Assembly (NCBI RefSeq): GCF_036321535.1
Contig: NC_087436.1
Coordinates: 48,300,001-48,364,000, forward strand
Source: Camelus dromedarius
Lineage: Eukaryota
Length of the DNA stretch: 64,000 nucleotides
Direction of reading: 5' to 3'
Shown: piece after piece, positions 28,384 to 40,524 of the stretch
Layout of the letters: every line of letters starts with the position of its first letter
Position numbering within the stretch: position 1 is the first letter of the stretch
Program-made: the position numbers and the translations under genes
The notes under the pieces: generated by a model
Seen by the model: only the letters and a program-made list of their open reading frames with translations
Database searches by the model: none
What the model was told of the DNA's origin: nothing

Positions 28384-30794
28384 AGTGTGGTTCTTTGACA
28401 GCAGATGGTTCATAAACTGCTTTACTCATTCTCAACAAGAGAAATAAGAATTTAAGAAAAAGCATTTAGAAACTCTTAAGGCAATTTAACAGAGAAGTTT
28501 TACGTCAACTTCATCTAATAATTTAAAAATTAGAGTTTTGTCTTTACATTTTATTTTCTAGTAATTCACTTCTTGTGTTTTATAAAAGAATCAATACGAG
28601 ACAGATTGGAAAGTCAAAAAACAAAGTAGTCCTTCTTTACAGTTAGTTTGAGAAGCATCATACTAAAACACTGATCTGACTCAAAGTCATGCCAAAAGCA
28701 ACCACATATTAGTGTGGGTGCCTTTTATGTGCCAAGCACAGCATTAGGGGCCACAGATTCAGAAGTAGTCTATGCCCTCATGTAACTTACAATAAAGTGA
28801 GACAACAAACAAGCAAACAGGCTCTAGGCATGAAGAGTCCAGTGTTTTCCAGCTTGCATGTTCTGAAACAAGATCTTAGATCATGTGGCCACTCATTGTC
28901 ACTAGTGTAGATTCAACTTATGCAAACAGTTGAGAACATATCTGTTACCTATGGTGACTATGCGTTTCCTTTGAGTAAGGGCCTACATCTATCTGTCTGT
29001 AGAAGCAAGGATCTTGAGAACTAAGATCAGGGCATTTTTTTATTATAAACTGCCTTCAAACAATCTTACTATATTGGGTGTATTCTACAATGTGGTGAAA
29101 GGGATATTTTATCTGCAAACCCCAAATCATGATTCCTATTCTTCTACTTTAGACTGCCAAAAAACTTATTTGTGAATTCTCGTCAGCCTTGTGACTTATG
29201 ATAGTTTTAAACATATTTTAAAATTTTAATCTTAAGTTTATAATCTTTGAATTAAATACTACAATTGATTAGAATAAACAAATTCTTTAAGAAGTCTACT
29301 TTTTTTTTTTTTAAGTTTGAGAGTCTACAAGTATTCTAGCCTTGAATCTCCTTAGGTTTATAAAGAGGTTTAGCCAGGTATGATGGTATTTATTTTGTTT
29401 TACTATTATAAATTTTAGTCAGTGGTTTGTACACACAGCAATGCTGAAAGGTTGAAATAGAAGAGATCGGGAGGAGACATGTGAGACATTTTGAGAGATT
29501 TTAAAACGTCCGTCCAGTGGTCTGTGGTGAAGGAGACTAAAATTCATCCAGCAATAAAATTTAAGTGCTAATTGGTACCATTTAGAAAGATAGCAGAGCT
29601 GTTGAAAGAAGTCTTTAAGTTGATACTTGATAATTATGGGGGAAGAAAGTAAAACTGTTCAACTGATTAAGGTGGGCAACAGATAGTGAAGGGTGTCCCA
29701 GTATTTCTCAGGGAAAAATAGCATGAAATACAGTCAGGAACAATATTTTTGGCTCAAGTGTCTATACCACTGAGAATAAATGGAATTGACATGTTAATGA
29801 GCAGATCTCAAAGATGCTACTGAGAGCCTCTAATAATTTGAGGGATGTGTTATTCCTTTTACAAAGAAGAATGTTTAATAAATTTGCAACTTGCCTTGAA
29901 AATTTAATCTCTGAATTTCAAATGATGAAGCAATGAGAAAAATATCCAACCCACAGGACTTGATTGTTTGTAAAGCTATAAACATGTCACTTCCCAGCTC
30001 CGAAACCTTCAAAGACCACAAGTTGTTGGCTGAATAAAGTACTAATAGTAAGGCCCTTCTGCAGTTTGGTTCCAGTTTCCTTTCCAGACTTAACTCCCGT
30101 GATTTACCTACAAGAGAAGGGATGGGATGGGTAGAGAAATGAATTTATCTGAGAATATACTATAAGCCAAGCACTGCATTATGTTATTCGATTTTATCCT
30201 CACAACTCTTACATCAAAGAATTAGTGTGAGGGATGAATAAGGTCATTAATGTCAAGTGCTTCACACAGGTATTTAAATTAATAGAATTAATGTGCCTAG
30301 AAGAGTGCTGAGCACATAGTAAGACCTCAATGAATATAAATACTCATTAGCAGTTATGAAGAACACAGGGAAAGAGAACACCAACATCTCTTTTTTAGGG
30401 TGAGGGAACTGATGACCATAACTGTTGTTTTCCAAAGTGACAGCAGGGTTAGGCTTTTATATGACTCACAATCCTTTTCTTCCCACTATACCAACCTCTC
30501 TCCATGATGATACTCTATTCTTCAACTAAACTTGACTCTGCTCTTCTCCAAAATGCATCACAAGCTTTCTTGACATTCTACCTTTGCTCATGCTTTTAAC
30601 TTCTCCTGTAATGTACCTGCCTTCAAGCAGAGGATAAGCTGAAACCAACTGTCCATTTCGCACTCTCTAATCCCTGCACTTGCTAGTTGCCTGCACAATT
30701 CCCCCCAAGCATCAACATAACAAATTTATTGACTAAAGTCAGCCTGGCTTGTTTAATTTTTTCTGCATTGTGACCCTACTATTCCTGAATTTTT

Positions 30795-30934
30795 GTTTGT
30801 TTGTTTGTTTGTTTGGGGGCAGGTAATTAGGTTTACTTATTTAATTATTTTTTTAAATGGAGGTACTGGGGTTTGAGCCTAGGACCTCATGCATGCTAAG
30901 CATGTGCTCTACCACTGAGCTATCCCCTCCCCTC
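30795..30934 (-). mobile_element. Vic-1-type camelid SINE (tRNA-Ala derived)
   Basis: Reverse complement reads ggggatagctcagtggtagagcacatgcttagcatgcatgaggtcc...cctcca (tRNA-Ala(AGC)-like head with A/B boxes), then an aaacctaattacc tail and (AAAC)n. TSD ctgaattttt at 30785-30794 and 30939-30948. Confidence 0.88.
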
Positions 30935-32139
30935 ATTGCTGAATTTTTAAAGTCAAAGAACAGACTCATATTTTTAATTTAACATTTATTTCAACAAATA
31001 ATTATTGAATTCCTACCATGTGCCAGACAGATATATATATCACACTATAACTGTACAGAATGGAAAAAAGAGACATTCCCACAGGGCTTAAAAAATACTA
31101 GATGACTAACTGTCCTATAAATACAGCTTTAAGAGTAAGATTCATTCCTAAAAATACACAGAACAAACTTGCTTAGATTTGAGCTACCATTAGCTCAAAT
31201 GATAACTCAATATTTTTAACACAACTCCCATACTTATCCTAATTTAGGGCAGCCATATCCTTATACATTGTTGGATTGAAATTTTATCTTTAACACTTGG
31301 GTCTTATTTTTCCTTATCCTTCAGACTCTCCCACACTCCTCTCCCAGAGTACCATTCCTTGGGAAAGAAATACAAAAACATCTCAATCTTGGAGGCTTGC
31401 AAAGTAACATTTCTAAATTTGATAATAAGCTGCTCATACAAGACCCATCAAACTTGCTTATCCCAGACAGCATTGCTTCCTCAGAGACTAAGATTGAGCT
31501 GTTTATAAACTCCCGTTGGCATTCTATCCTCACAAATATAAAGTTCCTCAAAGTCAAGTGACATTTGATTAATTGGAAGCTTAAATTGCTGTTTTATTAT
31601 TGTTCCTCCCTACTTTGCATTATCTTGTGTTTTATAAGACCAAGCCTTTTTGACAGATAAGTCATAGTTTATTTCTGTATCACACTGTGTCATTTGGATT
31701 TGCCTCCCTAACCATAGACTATCTTTTTTCGATGTTAAATGTATTTCATTACTTTCTGTGGATCATTAAAGTGCTTTATTTTGAAAGGAAATTGTTTAGC
31801 CATTTAATGCGAAGTGTTAAATGCCAAGTGAGCCATTTGGGTTTATTTGGTGGGCTGTTTAAACAGATTCTTTTTAAAAACTGGACATTTATTCTTAACA
31901 CCATTCAAATAATCAGTTGAAACTTCCTTAGAAAAGTATTTTCCCAGGCTTTACAGTCACCTTGCCAGAGTTCAAAGTTGTGATAAGAGTTTCTCCTCAA
32001 TGAATAAATTTAAGGCCTGAGCTAGGTTCCTGCAACCAGTCTCCAGTGAGTCAAGTGTGGGAATTTGCAGACAATGCTAGACTGGGACTTGAGGCTGCTA
32101 TCAATAGGCTGTTTTGGCATCCCTTAAAAATACCTTTCA

Positions 32140-32720
32140 ATTATTCTACAAACTCTCCAAAGACTCCCTGTTGCTGTAAGAATTAAATACAATCTCCCTA
32201 CAATGCCTGGAGACCTTACACCTTCAGAACCCTGGGAGCATCTCCAAACCCACCTCTCCTTTTCCCACTACTCTCCAGTCACTCATGCCTTCTCTTCTTT
32301 GTCTCTGCTCACTTCTATGTCAGCATCATTGAAATTAACCTCCCTTGCCCTGGAATGTTCCTCCTTCAAGTCTTCACGTGGCTACATCCTTTGAATCCCT
32401 AAGGCTTCAATCCAATGAGATGTCTTCAGAGAAGCCCTTGCTAATGCTCTGTGGCTAAAGGCTCCATGCTGTTCCTGTCCCCACTCTTTCCCCCAGTCTC
32501 TCTCTACCCCATCACCCAATTTTGTAGCACATCACTCTATTTAGTAGCACATATCAATATCTTAAATACTATTTATTTTGTTTTACTTATAATCCACCTC
32601 TCTCCACCAGAATCTAGGCTCCACAAAAACAAGGACCTTTTCTCATCTGCAACTATATTCCCAGCACACAGAATCTTCCATAATAGGTGCTAAGTAAACA
32701 TTTGGCGAGTCAATAGGTAC
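32140..32720 (+). mobile_element. L2 LINE 3' fragment
   Basis: Pyrimidine-rich L2 text ending cccagcac...ataggtgctaagtaaacatttg. Confidence 0.7.
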
Positions 32721-33464
32721 ATATTTAATTATAAAAGAGACTGAGCATTGCATGTGGCAAGAAAGAAGAAAGAAAGCACTTAATGGCAGCTGTGGCCTCC
32801 ACCCTGCTGTCCTGAGTAATTAAGCAATGGCCTACTTGGCTATCCTCAGCGTTGTGGTTAAGTTAGCTCACCCTCCTTGCAAGACAGTTCGGTGCTACTT
32901 GAGCCATGAGGGCTCTCACTTTGCTTCGCCACCCAAGTGGCTTATCAACCTTTTCATCCCAGTCACTTGCAGTACAGCTGATGTGTTTTCACCACCATCA
33001 ATCTCCATCAGAGAACTATGGAGTGTGTGGGGTTAGGTAACAGTTAGGAATCACTTACTCCAAGGTTTGTTATAATACTTGTTTGTTATTAACTCAGGAT
33101 ACACAGGGGAAGGAGAAAGAAACACCCACAGTTGTTTCTCCTACCATCCATTTCAGAGTGCTTTTTGCCTGTTTGGTTGGAGGAGAGTTGGTCTTAGAGA
33201 AGTTCCCCAGTCCTCTCCTTCTGTGAGTAGAAACTCAGACTCCTTCCACTCAGCTTCCTCAACATTTATTGAAACAGAGTATCATCTAACATTCACACGA
33301 GAGCAGTTTAAAGAAATGCTTCTTTTCACATACAATCTTAGATGTCATACTTAGTAATATAAGAAAGTAGGTATCAAGAATTCTCAAGCAATCTCTATAA
33401 GAAATATTCATTGAGCTGAGGAAATAAGGGGTACCCACAATTCATAGCCCCTTTGCTAGAAATA

Positions 33465-33930
33465 AATATCTAAACAACTTTATTGAGTTATAATTTATAT
33501 ACCATAAAGTTTACTAATTTTAAGTATGCAATTTAATTATTTTTGGCAAATTTATAGTTTTTCAATAATCACCACAATCCAATTTTAAAACATTTCCATC
33601 ATCCCAAAAAGTTCCCTCATGCTCATTTGTGGACCATCCCTTCCACTGTACCCAGTACCAGGCAACCAGTAATCCACTTTCTGCTTCAGAGGATTTGCTT
33701 TTGGAAGCATTTTATATAAATGGAATCAGACAATATGTGGTCTTTTGTGGCTGGCTTCTTTCACTTAATTTTTTAGAGGTTTATCCACACTGCAGTATGT
33801 TATCAGTAGTTCATTACTTTTGGTTGTTGAATTATGTTGTATTGTATTGATATACCATACTTTGTTTATCCATTTATCAATTGATGAGCATTTAGACTGT
33901 TTCCAGTATTTGGCTCTTGTGAATAGTTTT
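33465..33930 (-). mobile_element. Old L1 (L1MB/MC-like) 3'UTR
   Basis: aactttattgag...accataaagtttac...tatataaatggaatcagacaatatgtgg. Confidence 0.75.
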
Positions 33931-34039
33931 AGCAGGTCTCCCATACTTGCAATGGTAGTCAGATGCTATGCTCTTGGAGGCTTTGTCCAGAGGTGGGGGT
34001 GGCATTTTCAGTAAGAGTGGCCTAATGGAAAGACAATCA

Positions 34040-34890
34040 TTTGTGTCCTTTTTGATGACAACCATTCTGACTGGTGTAAAGTGATATTTCATTGCAGTTT
34101 AGATTTGCATTTCCCTGATGATTAGAGATGATGAGCATCTTTTCATGTGTGTTGGCCATCTGAATGTCCTCTTTGGAAAGATGTCTATTCAGATCTTCTG
34201 TGCATTTTTTAATTGGGTTGTTTGTTTTTTAGATGTTGACTTGTATGAGCTTGTTTATATATGTTGCATATTAATCCCTTATCAGCCACATCATTTGCAA
34301 ATGTTTTCTCTTATTCTTTGGGTTGCCTTTTCATTTTGTCAGTGGTTTCCTTTGCTGTGCAAAAGCTTTTAAATTCAGTTAGGTCCCATTTGTTTATATT
34401 TGCTTTTATTTGCTTTAGGAGACAGAGCCAAAAAAATATTGCTATGATTTATGTCAGGCAGTGTTCTATGTTTTCCTCTAGGAGTTTTAGGTTTCTGGTC
34501 TTAACATTTAGGATTTTACAATATGGAAATTTCTCAAAAAACTAAAAATAGAACTACCATATGAACCAGTAATTGCACTTCTGGTTATATATCAAAAAAA
34601 CAAAAACAAAAGCAAAAGCAAAAACTAATTTGAAAAAATACATGCACCCCAATGTTCATAGCAGTATTATTTATAACTGCCAAGATATGGAAGCAAACTT
34701 AAGTGTCTATCAACAGATGAATGGATAAAGAAGATGTGAGAGATATAGATAGATATAGATATAGATATAGATATAGATATAGATATAGATAGATACATAC
34801 ACACAGTGGAATACTACTCAGCCATAAAAATAAGGAAATTTTGCCATTTGTAACAACATGGGTGGACCTGGAGGGTATTATGCTAAATGA
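34040..34890. mobile_element. L1 with 5' inversion (antisense 34040-34513, sense 34517-34890)
   Basis: An antisense ORF2 segment is joined directly to a sense ORF2 segment that lies just downstream of it in L1. Contains (AGATAT)n at 34741-34795. Confidence 0.8.
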
Positions 34891-37800
34891 CTGTCTCACA
34901 TTCTTCTCTACAACACATTCAGAACTTTTTCATCAGCACCCTCAAATGCTAAGCCAAAGTTTCCCTACTCACATGCACTGTTTTACCAAAACTGTGAGTA
35001 AAATAAGAGTACTTTGAATGTGTAATTTGGAGGAAGCTATTTTTCCTCCTTCACTCTTTTCTTACTAGCCCATAAAATAAGAGCTTTTGCTCTCTCCGAA
35101 GTGTTTCTTTCTTCCTTCTAGATCTCATTTGTTCCTCTCCACAGGAGAACAGTGATTTCCCTGTTTGGTAAAATGTTGAAAAGTCTAATAGTCATTGATC
35201 CACATTTCTCCAGTGGTCAGTTAACATGGTAAGTCACTGCACAGATACAGGAGGCCTCCCTCTTGTGTCCCTGACCTGGGCCTCAACATGGTGAGGAATT
35301 GCTAGTTGTATAAGTTATTGCTTTGGAGGCCTTACCACTCAAGTAAATCCAAATATAAATCTGGAAAAAAAAATTAGAAAGCCAGATAGGCCACATTCAA
35401 GCTACATTTGCCAAACTAGCTTTACCATTAATAAAGCTGACAATATAATGTTCAGATTCTTTTGCCTAGCTCTCAATCAGCTGCCATCTTGAGAAGTAAA
35501 AGATGTGATTAATTCCCTCAAGCTCTACATATGGAGGCTGTTTGTCACTTTCAGAAACACAGAGCTGGAAACATATTTAGGCAGACTAACAGTTGTAATC
35601 TTTTTTTCCTTCCATGTGGAAGACTCTTCTCAAGACTAACCATCCAGTAATGTAATATTAGTATCCTATCATTTAACACAAGTTTATCCAATCCCTCTTG
35701 AGTTTCCCAAAAAGAATTTGTTAGCTTTCTTTCTCTGAAGTAACAAATTACAGTTTGAGTCTGCCTCATATACCACATCAATCACTTGTTCAGTCCCCAG
35801 GATTGCTAAATGGTTGACCCAATTGGGTAGTTTTAACTGTCCAATCATTTGGATTTGGGGTGTTAAAACAACTGAAGTGGTCTGACTACTTAGACTTAAA
35901 ATGCCTGACAAACCATGATGAAGACTAAAGCATCCAATTTAACTGGAAAACAAACAAAGCTGTGGAATCTTTTAGATGTGTCCACATGTGTTCACAAGCC
36001 CACAAATTGTCTCTCAGGTTCTCATTCTCTCATCACTTCCTTCTGCTCTCTTGCTCTTCCTTTTTTCCCATTCTTTTCCCTCCACTGTCTCTCTCCTCAT
36101 CTGTCACGTTTCTCTACTTCAATCTCTGCCTCTTTCTTTGTATCTTTACTTTCTTTCTTGTCTATGTTTCTTTCTTAGAGTTAGCAAATATTCATAATGG
36201 TAAAATAGGCATTTTTTTTTAATTAGCAGTGCTTCTTTCTCATTTCACCCAAAATCAGAATCTATGAAAGACTAGAAAGAAATGGTTAGACTTATTTTCT
36301 TGACGACTGAGATGAGTCAGTGAAGTAGTTCCTCCTGCATAAAAAGAAACAATTTGATTTTGGCAGAAGCTGAGATACAAGGAACAGCTCAGAGAATACA
36401 GCAGGTCACAGCATATTACTAAGATAGGGCAAGCCACCCTGTAACCCTTAGCACTATCTAAATCTTTAGAATAACAACTTGAAGGTTGCCCCTATTTGTT
36501 TATAATCCAATATTATCCTCTTGGCAGCCATCCTTATCCTTCACCTCTCTTCACCTCTGAGTGCTTTTAGCCATGGATACTTGGCCAAAATCTCTCAGAG
36601 AGTGGTAAATCACTAACTTTATGAAGATTCAAGCCTCAACAATGATCACTGAGGTAAGATAAAAGCTGAACAATTAGGAAGTAGCAGGAGACACATTAAA
36701 CTTTTAGCAGAGAAAGGTCATCACCTTCTGGGCTTCAAGTTCTGATATCATAAGGTCATCCTTTAAGACTGGGAAGTTAAAGTTTAGAGTGTCTCTTACA
36801 TGGACCAGTACAGAAGACACAGCTGGGCTCTCCCAAGAGGATCAATGTCTTGTCAGTGACACAGTAACAAGTGTTAGGGAAACCCCATGAGCAGCACTCC
36901 AAAGTTGATTGTTGGCCATCATTCAAGGTTAAAAATTGTCGTTTTGAAGACAACTCTCAAGTACTCAGCTTTTGAGATTTTGTCTCATCAAAGCAAGTTA
37001 CTCTCATTACCACTGAAAATAACCATATTCAAAACACAACAGAACCCTGTCTAAGAAAGAATAAGAGGACATAAAATTTTCTCTAATGTGTAAACGAAAG
37101 AGCACAAAAAGTCTTAATTTAAAAAACGTGATATTTGGAAAGTACTTTCTGTTATGCAACAGATTACTCAGTACATCAAATGTTTGTTTTTCTCCCCTGA
37201 AAAATGGAACAGTTTAATCATAAGATCATTAATGCATTGCAAATTGATTTTTGTTTCAGCTTCTTTTGATGTCTTTTAAAATAAACTGACAGTTGTCCTG
37301 CTGTCAAGACTCATTCTAAAACACCATATGTTTTAAATATTTTATTCTGGATTTTACTTAGACCTGAAAAACAAAATAGAACCTGAGAGATGGGGAAACT
37401 TTTGTATTAATTTATTAGATTTGAATTAGATTTGAATTATTAGATTTGAATACTTCATTTTAATGCTTAAGGATATAAGCCTATCAAGTATAGGAATCAT
37501 GCACAAAGTTAAGGGAATAGCATAGTATAGAAAATTTAACATCTTAAAGTACTCTATAAATGTTCAAGAGTGATAACTTGCCCCCAAGTTTGCTCCCAAT
37601 CATTAAGGATTCCATATCTATAAATATCAAAATATTTGGGTCGATGTTTTCATCCTTCGTAATTCTATTAGAAACAATTTTACTCATTACAATGAGGTCA
37701 TATAATTATCTTCATACTTTAACCCTGACACAAAAATTCTCTTTTTGTTTAACAATTAAATGTGAACAATAATATGATGATGATAAGTTAAGTAAACAAC

Positions 37801-38343
37801 TACCCTGAGACCAGCGTCTTCATTCTTTGGCCTGGACTGACCGAACACTGTAATTTTCTTCCAAAGAAAGATATCAGGGGAGGAAAGCATTTTGGCTGCC
37901 TCGGATATATTCTATAAAACTGCGGATAATTGTCAGGCCAAGTAGAGCACTCCACAATTCACTTACAGACATAGTCTGATTCCTTATACTATACATATTT
38001 TTAATTACTCTTTAACATGGAAAACTACACAGAATAAAATAACAAAAACCCATGTATATATAGCTAACAAATGTTAACATTTGAATATGTTTACTTTAGC
38101 TCTGTTGATAGAGGTCTTTTTGTTTATTGTTTGTTTCGTTTCTTACTGGGAAATAACCCATTTCTGATAAAGTTGAACTTGCCAATGTACACTTACCTTG
38201 TCATGTTTCCCTCCTCTCCCCACAAGAAATCTCTATCTTATATTTGGTTTACACCTTCCTGTTCATGTTTATATTCCTTCTCTCTATGGAAACAGAGATG
38301 ACAGAGATAGAGATAACCAGGTACAATGTAGAGATTATTTTTT

Positions 38344-39456
38344 AACTTTTTTAAAACATTTTTTATTGAGTTATAGTCATTTTACAATGTTGTGTCAAAT
38401 TTCAGTGTAGAGCACAATTTTTCAGTTATACATGAACATACATATATTCATTGTTACATTTTATTTTTGCTATGAGCTACCACAAGATCTTGTATATATT
38501 TCCCTGTGCTGCACAGTGCAATCTTGTTTATCTATTCTACATATGCCTGTAAATATCTACAAATTTTGAACTTCCAGTCTATCCCTTCCCACACCCCTCA
38601 CCCTTGGCAACCACAAGTTTGTATTCTATGTCTATGAGTCTGTTTCTGTTTTGTATTTCTGTTCTTTTTTTTTTTTAGATTCCACATATGAGCGATCTCA
38701 TATGGTATTTTTCTTTCTCTTTTTGGCTTACTTCACTTAGAATGACATTCTCCAGGAGCATCCATGTTGCTGCAAATGGCGTTATGTTGTCGGTTTTTAT
38801 GGCTGGGTAGTATTCCATTGTATAAATATACGACTTCTTCTTTATCCAGTCATCTGTTGATGGACATTTAGGCTGTTTCCATGTCCTGGCTATTGTAAAT
38901 AGTGCTGCTATGAACATTGGGGTGCAGGTGTCTTTTTGAAGTAGGGTTCCTTCTGGATATATGCCCAGGAGTGGGATTCCTGGGTCATATGGTAAGTCTA
39001 TTCCTAGTCTTTTGAGGAATCTCCATACTGTTTTCCACAGTGGCTGCACCAAACTGCATTCCCACCAGCAGTGTAGGGTTCCCTTTTCTCCACAGCCTCT
39101 CCAGCATTTATCATTTGTGGACATTTGAATGATGGCCATTCTGACTGGTGTGAGATGACCCCTCATTGTAGTTTTGATTTGCATTTCTCTAGTGATATTG
39201 AGCATTATTAGTGATATTGAGCATTATTAGTGATATTGAGCATTTTTTCATGTGCCTATTGATCATTTGTATTTCTTCCTTGGAGAATTGCTTGTTTAGG
39301 TCTTCTGCCCATTTTTGGATTGGGTTGTTTGGTTTTTTCTTATTAAGTCATATGAGCTGCTTATATATTCTGGAGATCAAGCCTTTGTCGGTTTCATCAT
39401 TTGCAACAATTTTCTCCCATTCCATAGGTTGTCGTTTTGTTTTACTTATGGTTTCT
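38344..39456 (-). mobile_element. Young 5'-truncated L1
   Basis: Uninterrupted 176-aa ORF2 C-terminus (38675-39205) with the cysteine-rich CWRGC..HCWWEC motif. TSD tgtagaga(t/c)tattttt at 38327-38343 and 39457-39473. Confidence 0.93.
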
Positions 39457-40043
39457 TGTAGAGACTATTTTTTCATAGCATATATGTGCTTCTTACTTTT
39501 TACTCATTAGGGTTTTTGTATTGTTTTTGCTCTATCAATGTTTATACATATAGATATAGCTCCTTTATTTTAATTACAATAATCTATTTCATTAGCTAAA
39601 TATACTACAGTTTATTTATTTAATCCTCTATTGGTAAGTATTTCTATTGTATCCAGTCTTCACTATTAAAATCAATGCTCCTTATAAATGTCTTCTTGTG
39701 CACACATGCCAAGAGTTTGTCTGGGATATACATACCAAGAAGTGGAACTGCTAGATTTTGAAGTGAGCGCATTTTTTAATAACATTGTCATCAAAATGTT
39801 TTCCAAAATTTACACTTTTACCATCACTGTATGAGAGTCCTATTTTTTGAAGTCCCCACATTTTTTAGACTTTAAAATTAAGAATTTTCAGATTTTGAAA
39901 TTGCTGCTAATCAAAGGCTATGAAATTATATTTCATTATTATTTTAAATGGCATCTTATTTATTACTAAACCTTCAAAAGTTGACTAGTCATTTGCGTTT
40001 CCTCTTTGCTGAACAGTATCTTCATATCCTTTGCCCATTGTTA

Positions 40044-40524
40044 CAGTGTTGAGAAGCAAAGTTTATGTGGAGAACAGTCTGGACTATGAACCAAATGGTA
40101 GTGATTAGTTGTTATAAATAAGTTAAACATGCTCAGATATACCTGTTAAATTTTAACATGTATATTTTCAGGCTAAATGCGATCAAATGCCTCTTGTAAC
40201 TGCTTAGCATCACCTGTTCTTCACACACTCAGAGTAGATATGAAGGTTGCGGTATAGTCCAGAAGAATAGCATTCAAATTTCCTTCCAGTTGACTTCCCG
40301 ACTTGACTTCCCGACTCTTCCAAAAACATAGATCTGTAGGATCTTGATACTGGGATGAAAAAAGGCTATTTCAGATGTGTAATATCCTTTCCACATCTTC
40401 CAATGATAGCTTCTGTACCCATATTTTTAAAGCAAGGTAAGCCATTTACTTCTTCACAGTATTAAGTGAGTTTGATCATTTGTATTCAGTCCAACAAAGT
40501 AAGCAGATACCATTCACAATTCTC
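40044..40524 (-). mobile_element. Decayed hAT-family transposase 3' fragment (dimerisation-domain-like) with one terminus
   Basis: Across frameshifts it reads VE.YYTSE...DPTDLCFWKSRE.NW.EI...TIP/AT.S...TG....KR..RI.PENI.ML.F, resembling the hAT C-terminal consensus. One end is CAGTGTTG at 40044. Confidence 0.5.

Noticed and set aside
30860..30932. tRNA-Ala gene
   Set aside because: The T-loop and acceptor stem are degenerate, and it has a SINE tail and TSD.
40146..40524. Single-frame processed pseudogene of a cellular gene
   Set aside because: Five internal stops in about 122 codons is near random expectation and I recognise no parent gene. hAT-like motifs across frames fit better.
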